Assembly (NCBI GenBank): GCA_025558095.1
Contig: JAIVFI010000008.1
Span: 620,001-684,000 of the forward strand
Reading direction: 5' to 3'
Source: Hyaloraphidium curvatum SAG 235-1
Taxonomy: Eukaryota > Fungi > Monoblepharomycota
Length of the DNA stretch: 64,000 bases
Below are positions 12,610 to 24,420 of this stretch, piece by piece. A program made the position numbers and the translations under genes. Numbering within the stretch: position 1 is the stretch's first letter; every line of letters starts with the position of its first letter. The notes under the pieces were generated by a model, which saw nothing but the letters and a program-made list of their open reading frames with translations, did no database searches and was not told the DNA's origin.

Positions 12610-13184
12610 ATGGACCGTGTCCACCGAACCCGTGATCACGAGCACGCCCTCGCGGCCGGCGCGGAGCCAGTACCGCAGCGCAGCGGTGGCGAGGGAGATG
12701 TTGCCGACCAGATTGCCCTCGATCCCGGCGAGCCAGCGGTCGTTGTTGGGCCCGGCATCGGGCTTCGCGATGTCGCGTAGGTAGTTGACTTCGGAGACGA
12801 AACCCGAGTTGGCGACCACGGCGTCCAGGGAGCCCAGCTTGTCCAGGGCAAACCGAAAAGCCGCGTCGATGCTCGTCCTGTCGAGCAGGTCCTTTGACGG
12901 GCGTCACCGAGCATCCCGTCCGACATCGCGCGCTTCCGACATTCTGACGAAGACAGCCCGCCGTCCGCCACCCAGTGCTTTTCCGCGAGCTCCTTGACCA
13001 CCTTTGCGCCTGCTTCCGCGTTCCTATTCGCGATAACGACGCGGACGCCGAGCGACAAGAGCCTGTCGACCAGGGCGAGGCCGATGCCCTATGCGGGTGT
13101 TTGAGGACGTGCGGAGGAGCGGCGGTCGCGGCGGACCTCCGTGCCGCCGGTCACCAGGATGTTCTTTCCTTTCAGGCCGGCCAT
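12610..13184 (-). pseudogene. Short-chain dehydrogenase/reductase, apparently 3'-truncated
   Basis: ILVTGGT-GIG, VVIANRN, LDAVVANSG and GVLVITGS are present, but no YxxxK catalytic motif follows; the downstream reading is not SDR-like. Confidence 0.55.
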
Positions 13185-13291
13185 TTGGGGCGGAGGAAGG
13201 TGGAGGAATGGGACCCGCGACGCCAGGTGGCAACGGTCAACAAATAGTCCGCTGTCTCCCAATCCCCACGCCAACAGAGTCGTGTCCCGCG

Positions 13292-15689
13292 ATGGCCGCG
13301 TTCCCGCCGAAGCCGGACCGGCCGCTCAGCATTGCCGAGGCGCACGCCGCGCTCACCGCGCCGGGAATGGCGTTCGAGGTCGTCCCCGACGTGCAGACCC
13401 GGGACGGCGAGCTCGTCACCTTCCTGAAGTGGAAGAACAGCTTCCCCACACTGAGGGCCATGTGGGAGAGCACGGCCCGCTTCCGCGACGCGGACTGGCC
13501 CTATCTAGTGCACGTCGCCCCGGACGGGACCGAGACCCACAGCATCTCTTTCAAGCAGGCGTGGACGTTGATCGCAACGCTCGGAAGGACCCTCCTGTCG
13601 CCCGCACCACCTTTTGGCCTCAAGAAGGGTGACCGTCTCGGTATCATGGCGCGCAACCGGCCAGAGTTCATCCTCAGCATCTGGTCCAGCATCTGTGCCG
13701 GCCTCATCACCGTCCCGATCAATGGATGGTCGACGGCCCCGGAAGCCGAATACTGCATTACCAACGCCGATTGCAGGGCCCTCGTGGTCGACGAGGAGCG
13801 ATGGGATCGGCTGACGGGCGGCGCCGTCAACGTGCTCGCCCCGCTCCAGGCAAAGGGCCTCACGGTGATCCTCGTGCCCGAAGGAACGCCAACGCCGGCA
13901 AGCAAGGCAAAGTGGGCCGCGGGGGGTGCGATCCTGTGGGACGATGCCGTGTCGGGGCGCGCCATTGGCGGGCAGACGGACGTGTTGCCGGACCAGGACG
14001 TCCAGCCTTCGGATTTGTGCACAATCATGTACACTTCGGGTACCACAGGTGCGTGATCCCAGACTGCGGCGAGTTGTGGGCTGTATCACAAACCTGGAAG
14101 ACGTTCAGGCCGACCCAAGGGCGCAGCGGCCTCTCATCGGAACTGGTAGGTTGCAGGTTTGCTCGCGGGTAGTGAGCGCTGAAGGTCTCCGGCAGGACAA
14201 ACACTCTGACGCAGAACATCCTCGGGCCCTTGCGCGATTTTCTTCGCCGTGGGGAGGGTATTCCGGTTCCGGATCCGAACCCGCCGCAGGTCACCAACAT
14301 TATCAGCTTGCCCCTGTTTCACGTACGTTCAGAATGCGAATCCGATCACTTTTCGTTTGAGGCTGAAGGGTTCTTAGGTTGGCGGGTTCGCGACGACGTT
14401 GATGTACACCCAGTCTGGCACGCGGTGTATCACACTGAACAAATTCGACGCAGGATTGGTGATCCGTTGCATTGAACGTAAGTGTACCCGGAATGCTTTG
14501 ACACAAATCCTGACTTTCCATAAGGTTACCGCGTTTCCGGCATGGGCAGTGTCCCAACGATCATTTGGAGCATTGTCACGCATCCTGATTTCGACAAGCA
14601 CGACACGTCGTCGCTGCAGGCGCTCAGCTACGGCGGTTCGCCTTCCGGATTCGAGCTCCAGCAAAGGGTCCGGCAGAAGCTCAAGGGAGTCGATGGCGGT
14701 GCTGGGCAGGCCTATGGCATGGTGTGTCACACCCTCTTCTTCCCTCTACTATCGCTAATCCTGTGCAGACCGAGACGTGCAGCAACAACGTCACCACGTA
14801 CGGAGTGGATTTCTACCGCAAGCCGACTTCCACCGGAGTGGTGTCACCCGTCAACAAGATCATGATCATTGCGGAGGATGACGACAAGGAGTTTGCGCCG
14901 CTTCCGACAAACACCGTCGGTGAGATCTGCGTCTGGGGCATCAACGTCTGCGAAGGCGGCTACTGGTGTGGTCGCAACTCGTTGGTCGAAGTGCAAGTCA
15001 AGCTGACAAATGTCGGCTTTGCAGGCGCAACCCCGAAGCAACCAAAAAGGCCTTCTTCAAGCCCGGCTGGTACCGCACAGGAGGTGAGGACCTTGCGTCT
15101 CCATGTGAGCGTGCGTGACGCTTGGACCCCAGACGTTGGACGCATTGACGAGGAGGGCTTCCTGTACATCCTCGACAGAGCAAAGGTTGGATGACAGTTC
15201 CGATTGCGCAACTCTGCTAACCCTCTTTTCCCTTGCGTCACCCGCTTATCCGACTTATATTTGCTTACTCTACGAAGGAGTGAGTCATCCCTTCACCGTG
15301 TTCTTCATGAGCTGACCCCTCGCTCCACCTCCACCAGCATGATCATCCGTGGTGGGGAGAACATCTTCTCCGCCGTGGTCGAGGAAGCGTGCCTCAGTCA
15401 CCCAGACCTTCTCGAAGCCGCCGTCGTCGGCATCCCGCATCGCATCCTCGGCGAGCAGCCCGCCGCGGTCATCCGCGTTCGCGAGGGAAGCAAGCTCACC
15501 GAGGCCCAGCTTCGGGCCCACCTCTCGCAACGGATCGCGGCTTTCATGGTTCCTGTTCTGGTGGACATCCGGACGACCGAACTGCCGATGAACCAGAGCC
15601 GCAAGGTGCTCAAGAGGGATCTCCGTGCCGAGGTCGTCAAGCTGGCAAAGGAACGCGGTCTCGTAACTGAACAGGACGCAAAACTGTAG
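13292..15689 (+). CDS. Acyl-CoA synthetase / AMP-binding enzyme (FadD/4CL-like), predicted peroxisomal, about 10 exons
   Basis: YTSGTTGRPKG, PLFHV, YGMTET, WYRTGDVG and R.KDMIIRGGEN motifs; C-terminal AKL (PTS1). Confidence 0.92.
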
Positions 15690-15859
15690 AGCAGCGTCGG
15701 TAGCGCATACATGCGTCGCCCGTTTCAAGCCGGTGCCCGTGTATGTCGAAGAATCTTGGATGCATATGCTGACACGGAGCGGAGGCAAAGCCGCGCCAAG
15801 ACCCGTGAACTCCATGAGAGAGACACACACGGCACTCCAACGAACGCGAGCCGCGCTCC

Positions 15860-17347
15860 ATGGAAGATTTCACGCCCGCAGAATGGGCGGCCATCGTCCC
15901 CGAGCCGTGCCGCTCCCTGGACGCGCTGTATCCGTCGGCGGACGGTCCGGGCGCCCCGCCGCTGCCCGCAGCCGCGCTCCTCCGCGAGGTCGGCAAGCGC
16001 AGCCGTGCACTCGTTTTCGCCCTTAGGCTGCAGCTGAAGCTGCTGCCGTGGACGTCGCGCATCGCACTGCGCTGCGAGCTGTACTGTTTTCTAGGCGCCG
16101 CCGCCTCGCTGTCGCTGCTCGCTTTCGATACCGGATACGGGAAACCCCAGCTCGTCGCGGGCCTCTTCGCCGTGCTCTTTGACTTTGCCACGACCATGGT
16201 CTTCATTGTGGTTTTCGCAGGGGATTTTGGGTCGTGGCGCACGTTTGCGCGTCCCGCTGCGCGGCGCGAGAAGGTGGACGCGCCGGAAGCGGACTTTAGT
16301 GGACATGCCCTGGCCGGCCTGGCCAGGTGGTCTGCCATCGCCGGCGATGGCGAGGACACGTCGGACAAGGACAAAGAGCGCGACCCGGGCGCGCCCGCGG
16401 CTTCGCTGCTCGTGCGCCACGACTCTTCGGACGCACTGTGCTCCTGCGCCGACTGCGTCGCTTCGATCCTCCAAAGCGCGCCCTGGCTCCATCTCCTGGA
16501 CCTGTTCATCCGCCTCTGCGTGGCCATGCTCCGCATTCTCTTCATCATGTCGAGCCCGATCATGGTTGTTCCCGCTTACTGGCGCACCCCGTGGGCCGTC
16601 CTGGGCGCCGCCGCGGTCCTCGCCGGCGTCAACTACGGAGTTTTCAACGTCATCGGCCGGTTCAGCACCAGCGTGTCGCTGCTGCGGCTCTCGCTGCGCG
16701 TGCGGCGCCGCGCGACGCTGCTGGGCCTCCGGGAACTGCTCGATTGGTGCCGCGCTTCCCTCGCCGAATCTGGGGATTCCGAGGCTCCCTCAGCACGCGA
16801 GCCACGGTGGGACAAGGCCCCGGACCTGTACATGCGGCTGCACCGCCGCCTGGCCGATTCGTGGTCCTTCCGCATCCCCTTCCTCACCGCACCCCCCCTC
16901 CTCATAGGGGTCGGCGTCTTCAACTCCGTCGTCTCCCTCTGCGCCAACATCGTGGCTGGCTCCTGCATCCCCCTCTACGTCTTCTTCATGCTCCTTCTCG
17001 TCCTCGCCCTCACCGTCATCGACATCGTCAACCTCTCCCTCTCGAACCAGCAGATCGACGCCATCGCGGGGCTGTACCGCGAAGCCCGCGCCCGGATCCG
17101 GGAGATGCTCGTTTCGCACCCGGACCTGCCAACGAAAACCTACCGGGAGCTCAGGAACCACGATGCGCTCCTTGAGTCGTTCCTCGGCGTGGAGGGGTTC
17201 CGCGCGAAGTTCCTGGGGTTCGTGGTGGGGTTCGGCGTGCTGAGGACGTTCGTGATCACGATCTTCACGGTGGGGATCGGGCTGTTTTCGCTGTTGAGGG
17301 GGTCGGTGTTTGTGCCCGTGGATTCGGTGTGTCCAACGAGGAGTTAG
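15860..17347 (+). CDS. Intronless multi-pass (7-TM) membrane protein, candidate 7TMIC/gustatory-receptor-like channel
   Basis: 495-aa ORF with seven hydrophobic segments and a C-terminal AKFLGFVVGFGVLRTFVITIFTV segment; the gene is well supported, the family is inferred. Confidence 0.7.
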   Translation: MEDFTPAEWAAIVPEPCRSLDALYPSADGPGAPPLPAAALLREVGKRSRALVFALRLQLKLLPWTSRIALRCELYCFLGAAASLSLLAFDTGYGKPQLVAGLFAVLFDFATTMVFIVVFAGDFGSWRTFARPAARREKVDAPEADFSGHALAGLARWSAIAGDGEDTSDKDKERDPGAPAASLLVRHDSSDALCSCADCVASILQSAPWLHLLDLFIRLCVAMLRILFIMSSPIMVVPAYWRTPWAVLGAAAVLAGVNYGVFNVIGRFSTSVSLLRLSLRVRRRATLLGLRELLDWCRASLAESGDSEAPSAREPRWDKAPDLYMRLHRRLADSWSFRIPFLTAPPLLIGVGVFNSVVSLCANIVAGSCIPLYVFFMLLLVLALTVIDIVNLSLSNQQIDAIAGLYREARARIREMLVSHPDLPTKTYRELRNHDALLESFLGVEGFRAKFLGFVVGFGVLRTFVITIFTVGIGLFSLLRGSVFVPVDSVCPTRS

Positions 17348-18160
17348 GCGTTGCGCACGGATCATGGTGGACGACCGCCGGGAAACGATCCGGCGTCGAG
17401 TATGGGGCATTTGGCTCGCAGGGCGAAAAAGTGCAGGAAGAGCACAGAATGAGGGGTGATCGCCGAACAAAGTCCCCGATCGCGAGCGGAAACCGACACT
17501 GCGGGACGGACCACTTTGCGCCGTCCACATGGATGCACTCCGCGTCCGTTTCGTGGGCAGATCGCCGCAAGACGCTCGGAAAAAGGGTTGGGGGACTTCT
17601 CAGGATCTGGCGGGGTGGGAGGCGGATGCGCGGAGCCGGGGACTTCCGATGCGCATGATGCGCGAGGAGAATGGTGGGGAGCAGGATCCGACCCCTGGCG
17701 CGAGACGGGCAGGTCCATCAGAGCCCGAGAGGCGCTGGCTGGGTTTTCCTAGCACTTCTAAGCGGCCGACTGGTCCCCCCGGGTCCGCTAGCCTAACCGC
17801 CCGCCCAGCCGCCGCCCCCGCCCGCCAGCCGCGTGAGCCAGCGCGGCGCGCCGGGAGAGGACGCGGGAGGCCGGCCAGAGCGGCGGGCGCGCTCCGGGAG
17901 CCCCGCGAGGCACCATCGTGGCCGCGGGCCGCGTGGGGGATCAACGCCGCAGCGGCCGATGCCTGCGGGCGAACAACACGCAGCGATCTCGGAGGGCGCT
18001 CTGCGCGCAGCGATCTGAATAAGGACGCACCGCGGGATCCGCGCGGAGCAGCGGAGGACGCCCGCCGGACGGGCCACGCGGAGGCGCACTTTTGAGAACT
18101 CGCTCCCACCTGTCACCGCCCCCCTTCGCGCCATCGGGCCGATCTGAGCCCGCATCGCAA

Positions 18161-21100
18161 ATGGCCTCGCCCTCCCAATATGCCGCGTGGCAGCAGGCCG
18201 CGTCGCCCAGCCCCGCCGACGCAGCCGCCGCCGCGCTCGCCTCCCCGCACATACCCCGCCAGCTGTTCCACAACGATGCCGACGGCGACTACGGCGACGC
18301 CTCGCCGCAGGCCTCGCCGCACAGGCCGGGGAACGGGGGCGGCCTGCCCCAGCAGCAGGCCCAGCCGAGCCCGGCCCACGCTCTGAGCATCCGCACGGCG
18401 TCGGGGTACGGCTACGCAGAAGACGACTACGCCGAGGACGGCGGGTCCATCGCTGGTGGGTTGCTTGCCGGGTGTAGGTGTGCAGATGGGCAGCCCGCTG
18501 ACTTGTCCTGCCAGCCAACGCCGCCGCCTCCCTCTTCACCTCGGACATGTTCGACGCATACCCAGGCACCCCCACCCCCGCCCCCGGCTCGGGCACCTCC
18601 ACCCCCTCGCGCTCCGCCTCCTTCCAGTCATCCTACCCCAACACCCCCTCCCTCATCCCCAACACCCCGCTCGGCTCTCTACCCCCCTTCACCTCCACCT
18701 CCCCCACCAACGCCTTCGGCTCCTTCCTCCCCACGCGCCCGTCCCAACCCGCCCCGGGATACACCGCCAAGCCCGCCCCCCTCCCCAAGACCATCGTCGT
18801 GCACGCGGACCGCATGCTCGCCTACGCGGACCCCGCCCCCGGCGCCTCGCCCGCGCAGGCGCAGCTCCGCCCGGCGTTCCGCCGCAGGCTGGACGAGATC
18901 ATGTCGCAGGCGCACGTCAGGATAAACGTGCGCAGGCCGGCGGCGCAGGTGCCGCCGGGGGGGATCACCGGGCAGCTGGGCAACCCAGGGATCGAGGTGA
19001 CGCCGTGCGCCGAGGCCGACGCCGAGAGACTGGGGCAGGTCGAGGTGGAGATTGCGGGGCTGGGCGACAGGGTCGAGATCGCGAGAGTCAAGGTGCTGGT
19101 CATGCTGGACGAGATGGTGCGTTCATCGGGCACATGTTTGGAAGCACGGCTGCCTAACATATTCACCACCGATACGCACAGACGGGCCTCCGCTCCCTCA
19201 ACCTCAACCTCGAGCCCTCCCACCCCAACATGTTCCACAACGTCATCGCCGGCCCGCGCCGCCGCACCCTGCGCGCCGTCATGCGCCGCACCAGGACAAA
19301 CATCTACTTCCCCAGCCCGTTCGTGGTGCAGAGCGTCGAGATGGCCGCCGAGGCCGCGGGGATGGTCATCACGGGTGTCGGGGCCTCGGTGGACGAGGCG
19401 GTGAGGGTGCTGAGGGAGCTGGCGGACCAGAAGGTGGGGTCAGGCTGGCGTTGTCTGCCAGTACCCGACTGACCCTGTTCGCCGTGGTTCCCCACAGAAA
19501 CCCCAGATCGTCTCGCATACGCTCACCTTCCCCACGCACAAGCTCGACTGGATGCTCGCCAACCGCCGCGACGTGCTCACGCGGACCATGTGGGACAACG
19601 GCACCTTTGTCCTCTTCCCCGTCGCGGGGCAGGGCACCCCGCAGGGCGCACCGAGCTGCAGGCTGGTGACGGTGCTGGGGGACGACAGGGTGTACGTGGA
19701 GAGGACGATCAGGATGCTGACGCTGCTGGTGGGTTGCGGACGCCGGCGTCGGTTGCGAAATGCATCTGACCTTTGCAAACGTTCCAATTACCCACAGGCC
19801 TGCGAGTGCTACGTCGCCTGCATCGACCTCTCCCACCCCGTGCACTCGATCCCCGCCGCCGCCGACGCCGCGGCCGGGTTTAACGGCTGGCCCGCGTCCC
19901 CGGCCGCGGCGCAGGCGCCCTTCCAGGAGCTCGACTGGAAGGCCCTCCTCGAGAACGTGGCGCAGACCACCCGCGCCGTGGTCGTCCTGCGCGACCAAGG
20001 CCGAGCGATCGAGGTGCTCGGCGTCGAGGCGACGGCCAAGTCGGCGCACGCGACGCTGGCCGAGCACCCCTCGCTGCGCCCGTACGTCTCGCGGGCGCAC
20101 TTTCGCATCGGCCTTGCCCAGGAGCACCGCGACTTTGTGCGCGGCAAGAAGGACGGCAAGATCGCGCGCATCATCAAGGGCTCGGGCGGCTGCAACGTCC
20201 GCGTTGAGGACGACCGCAACGGGCGCACCGTGACGGTGGTCGTGGAGCACCACGACCCCGGCCGCGTGCTCGAAGGCGTCGCGCTGGCCGAGGAGGAGCT
20301 CCCCGCCGAGCTCGCCTTCCACCTCCCCGAGAGGTACCACAAGCAAGCTATCGGCGTCGGCGGACGCCGCATCCAGGCCATCATGCGGCGCCGCGAGGCC
20401 TACGTCAAGTTCGCCTCGTCCGAGGAGGTCTCGCGCACGGGCGGGTTCGACGTGGGCGAGGTCGGCGACAACGTGATTGTGCGCACGCCGGCGCGCAACG
20501 CGCGCAACCTCGAACTCGTGCGGCGCGACGTCGAGGCCGCGGTCGGCTGGGCCGAGGGCGGCAACGGCGACGGGTCCGTGGCCATCACCATGCGGATCCC
20601 GCGGAGGTTCCACCGCCGCGTGGCTGCCCGCGGGGGCGTGTTCGGATCGGGGTACCCCGGCGCCGAGGGCGACCAGGACGCGGTGCACGAGATCGAGGAG
20701 CGCACGGGGACGAGGATCCGGCTGCCGGACCGCGAGCTCGGCGTGGACGAGGTGGCGATCGAGGGGCCGCAGAGGGGGGTCGAGGCCGCGGCCAAGGTTC
20801 TTCAGGCGCTGGTGCCGGGCCTGGTGCAGATGGCCCTGCCCGCGCAGGCGGCCGCGGCGGTAGGGTCGGCCGAGTTTGCGGGGTACGCCGACAGGGCCCT
20901 GCGCGAGTACGAGACCGAGGTGCGGACCTACGTGCCCGGCGCAGCGCAGGACAAGGACGCCGGATCGCCCGACGGGCAGGCCGGCGGCAAGAGCGAGGTC
21001 GGCAGGGACGAGCCCATCGACCTCCTCGTCGAGGCGGACGATCCGCAGTTTGCGGATGAGATCGCCTGGCACTCGATCGCCCCCTTCCTGTCGAGCCAGG

Positions 21101-22356
21101 GCGTCCCGCTGCCCGCGAGGCGCCCTCCCATCAACGCCTCCACCTCGGGCCTCCACCACTTTGACCACAGGCTGCTGGTGGACACGGTGCAGCGCGAGCG
21201 CGAGATGCGGGAGCGCGACATCATGATGCGCGCCGTCAGCGAGCAGCAGGGCGCGCGCATGGCCATGTACGAGGAGGAGATGGCCGGCGAGGAGGACGAA
21301 CGCGGGTGGAGCTCCCCCACGGGGTACCACCCGCGCCACCGCGGTAGTATCTCCGCCGCGGACCGCGAGGCCTACTACGACGGCCGCAGGGGCTCGCAGC
21401 GGCGCCCGCCCGCTCAGGCGGACGACGAGTGGGCATACGCGCTTGGGCAGACCTTCGTCCCTCGCACCCCGTTTCCTCCCACAAGCGGCCGCATGCCTCC
21501 GGGCTTCGGTTCGCCGCAAACGCCCAACAGCCCCACCCGCACCTACTCGCAGGGCCCGCGGCCCAACACGGTGCCCCGGAGCGGGGCTGGCGGCTACGGT
21601 GGCGGCGGCGGCGGCCTGCGGCTCAACATGGGCGGGCAGTATTCGGGCGGTCGCTATGCCGCCATGACGCCGCCGCGCCCCGGGGCGGTGCAGAGCCCGC
21701 AGTCAGCCCGCACGCCCTTCTCCGCCAACGCCCAGTCATTCTCGGCTTCGACGCCGATCGGCACGCACCCGCCGCTCGGCGCCTACTACAGCTACGACGG
21801 CGCCGCTGAGCAGGAGACGCCGTCGCTGTCGGCAATCCAGGCGCCGGCTGCGGCGCCGCCATCAGATGAGCATCCCCAGGCTGTCGAGCCGGCGAGGTAC
21901 GGCGACGGTGAGCCGGGTGCGCCGAGGGACGACGCAGGAGCCGAGGGGCAGATCGAGGGGACGTTTGCCAAGAACGGCGATCGTGAGTTTTCACCCTGCC
22001 CTGCGACTTGATTCTCAAACTGACGTATCGTGCGCCCGACAGCCCGGATCTACAACCTACTCCAGCGCTGTGGCCTGGAAAAGTACCATTCGGTGTTCAC
22101 CGAGCAGGAGGTGGACTATTCGACCTTCGTGCAGCTCACTGATTCCGACCTGCGCGAGCTGGGCGTGCCCACGTTTGGCGCCCGCAAGCGGATCCTCACA
22201 GCCGTGCAGGAGGACAGGCGCGGCGCCCGCGGCGTCGACGCCTGGCCCAGCCCCGAGTCGCGCGGCGGCACCGTGTCGGCCGACACTTCGGTGTCGGAGG
22301 ACGCGGACCCCGGCGGTGTCGCCGCCGCCCTCGCGGGGCTCTCTGCGGGGCCATGA
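18161..22356 (+). CDS. Multi-KH + C-terminal SAM RNA-binding protein (Bicaudal-C / fungal Mug60-like), multi-exon
   Basis: KH segments (HNVIAGPRR, FVRGKKDGKI, YHKQAIGVGGRRIQ, NVIVRTPARN); SAM domain LLQRCGLEKYHSVFTEQEVDYSTFVQLTDSDLRELGVPTFGARKRIL. Confidence 0.88.
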
Positions 22357-22815
22357 AACGGACCATACCCGGATGCCGGAGACCGCCGGCGGCCCGTGCG
22401 CGCGATACTTATTGCGGAAACCCCCTGGAAACCGGGACGCGATACCACTGCGCGAGAAGAACCCGTCACGTTACCCACTCTTTTGGAAAACAAGTTTGAA
22501 ACCACGCACAACAAGTTTTTGCACAAAAGCACGCAGCACGTACTATTCCAAACTTCTCTAGGCCCGCCGGCGGCGGGCCCGCCTTTTTCGCGCTCCGAGC
22601 GGCAGCGCCGCCGGATCGATATCCGAACAGACTCGCCTTTGTCGCAAGTGTACGTAGGATTTTGCCTTGTCGAATGCCGATTGCCGAGTAGAGAGAATGT
22701 CTTTTTGGAATCCTGGTGCTCCTCCATTCCATTCACGAGCGTTACAACCGCTCGGTTCAACTGGTACCAGCAAAAGCATTCCACCATGATCGAGATCCGC
22801 TCCTCACCTCCGCAC

Positions 22816-23649
22816 TCAATAGCCCCTTTCGGCCTTCTCCATCCGCTCCTTCTTGGCCGCCACCTCTGCGATCTCGCGTTCCAGGCCATACAGCTCGTAC
22901 GTTTCAAGCAGCTTCCTCGACGCCGCGGCCATGGGATCCGCGCTCAACAGCGCCGCCCTGAATGTCCGGCCCAAAGCCGCGGCCCAGTACGTGTGGTCCT
23001 CCAAAGTGTAGGCCTGGAACTCGTCCGCATAGTTGACCTCGTCGTATCCGAGCGCGGCCAGCGCGCCCTCGACCGCTGTCCGGTGCTCCTTGGCCAGGGC
23101 GTTCCAGATACCCCTGGCCAAATCGCGGTACGTTTCCTCCAGGAAGAAAAGGGCGTGCGCGAGCTCGTGCCGCAGCGTGGAGGTGTCACCGGCAATGTGG
23201 GCCACGACGTACAGCGGCGGCTCCAGCAGAGGCTGCTCCGTCCAGCCGTCCCGGGGCAGCCACGAAGCTGCCGACGTGTCCCAAAGCGCATGCAATCGGA
23301 AAAGGCGCTCCTCGAGGGTCGTGCCGGTGCCCTGCACGGTCCGGCCGGCGTCGGCTCCCCTCGCAACCTCGCCTGCACCGCCGGCCTCCCCCAATTTCGC
23401 AGCCTCTCCCTGGCCTTTGCCAGACCCGCCGCCGGCCGCCTCGAACCAGCCCTCGAGATCCGCCCAGGGAAGGTTGATCCCGACAAAGTTTGCCCGCACG
23501 TGCGACTCGGGCGCGCCCTCGTAGTGGGCCGCCGGCCGCGACAGCGCCCGCGCGAGGCTGTCGCGGCCGTCGAATGCCGCCACGAGCAGCCGCCCCCCGC
23601 GCAGCCGCGCGAGCCGGAAGGGCCGCGGCGACGCCAGGCCGATTTTCAT
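22816..23649 (-). CDS. Uncharacterised zincin-like (HExxH) protein, intronless
   Basis: TLRHELAHALFF motif followed by LGYDEVNYADEFQAY; coding-like codon bias. Confidence 0.7.
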   Translation of the reverse strand: MKIGLASPRPFRLARLRGGRLLVAAFDGRDSLARALSRPAAHYEGAPESHVRANFVGINLPWADLEGWFEAAGGGSGKGQGEAAKLGEAGGAGEVARGADAGRTVQGTGTTLEERLFRLHALWDTSAASWLPRDGWTEQPLLEPPLYVVAHIAGDTSTLRHELAHALFFLEETYRDLARGIWNALAKEHRTAVEGALAALGYDEVNYADEFQAYTLEDHTYWAAALGRTFRAALLSADPMAAASRKLLETYELYGLEREIAEVAAKKERMEKAERGY

Positions 23650-23858
23650 CTCCGGCTCGCAAAATGAAGAACGTTGAATGATCTTCGCCTCGTTCCCCTT
23701 GTATCTTATCTGTGAAAGCAACTACAGTAAGTCGTATGCTACACTCTGATCCGAGAAAGAGCCGAGCTGGGTATCTTGACGTGTGTGCTGGTCTTTGTAC
23801 TGACAAAGGTTCGAAAGAGCTCCCCAACAGTGTCCGTGCGAAGGTGAGGACAAAAGCC

Positions 23859-24420
23859 TCAGTACACAACTCCGAGAAACTCGGCCAGGTAGCGGCGACG
23901 GGTCTCTCCGTTCCCCTGCGGAGCAGCCTCGCCAAAAGCAGTGAACAGAGCGTCCACCTGGTTTCCCTGAAGCGCTCGTAGCTCTCCCAGGGTAGTGGGC
24001 AGCGCAGCCGGTACGGGTCCCAGAAAGTTGAAAAGACGGATCGGGTGATCCCCTATGGTCGCGCGGCCATTGAACTGGCGAACGGCGGCCCGCTGCCGGT
24101 CCACTTGGAGGATGTTGAGCACCTGGGCCAACTGCTGGCTTAGAGCCTGCAGCTGCTGGCCTTGGTTCTGCAGCAGCTGGCCTTGGTTCTGCAGTTGTTG
24201 GTTTAGGACCTGCAACTGCTGGCTTTGGTTCTGAATCTGGGCCCCGAGTGCGTTCAGACCTGGTAAATGGTGAGTGCCCGGAGCGAGGCGCCATCCAATT
24301 AACAGACGCCACTTGGACAGCCGGCATGTTCGGGATCTTTTGGATTTCTTGAGCAGCTGCCGCAAGACCGTTTGCCAATGCGGCGAAGTCTGGCTGATTG
24401 GCTGCGCCTTGGGCGGCCAT
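23859..24420 (-). CDS. Small Gln-rich coiled-coil protein with Mug135-like (DUF1773-type) C-terminal domain; 1 intron, boundaries uncertain
   Basis: Q-rich heptads (LQNQGQL), then LPTTLGELRALQGNQVDALFTAFG...RRRYLAEFLGV, resembling the fungal Mug135 C-terminus. Confidence 0.65.
24140..24237 (-). repeat. Imperfect 21-bp coding repeat (QNQ[G/S]Q[Q/L]L heptads)
   Basis: CAGAACCAAGGCCAGC-like units repeated in tandem. Confidence 0.75.

Noticed and set aside
19369-21519. Long antisense or alternative-frame ORFs (716 aa here; also 23859-26405, 29245-31305, 29733-31682, 54217-55899, 60183-61991)
   Set aside because: Shadow ORFs caused by high GC and codon bias; Arg/Pro/Ala-rich, no motifs, mostly overlapping real genes
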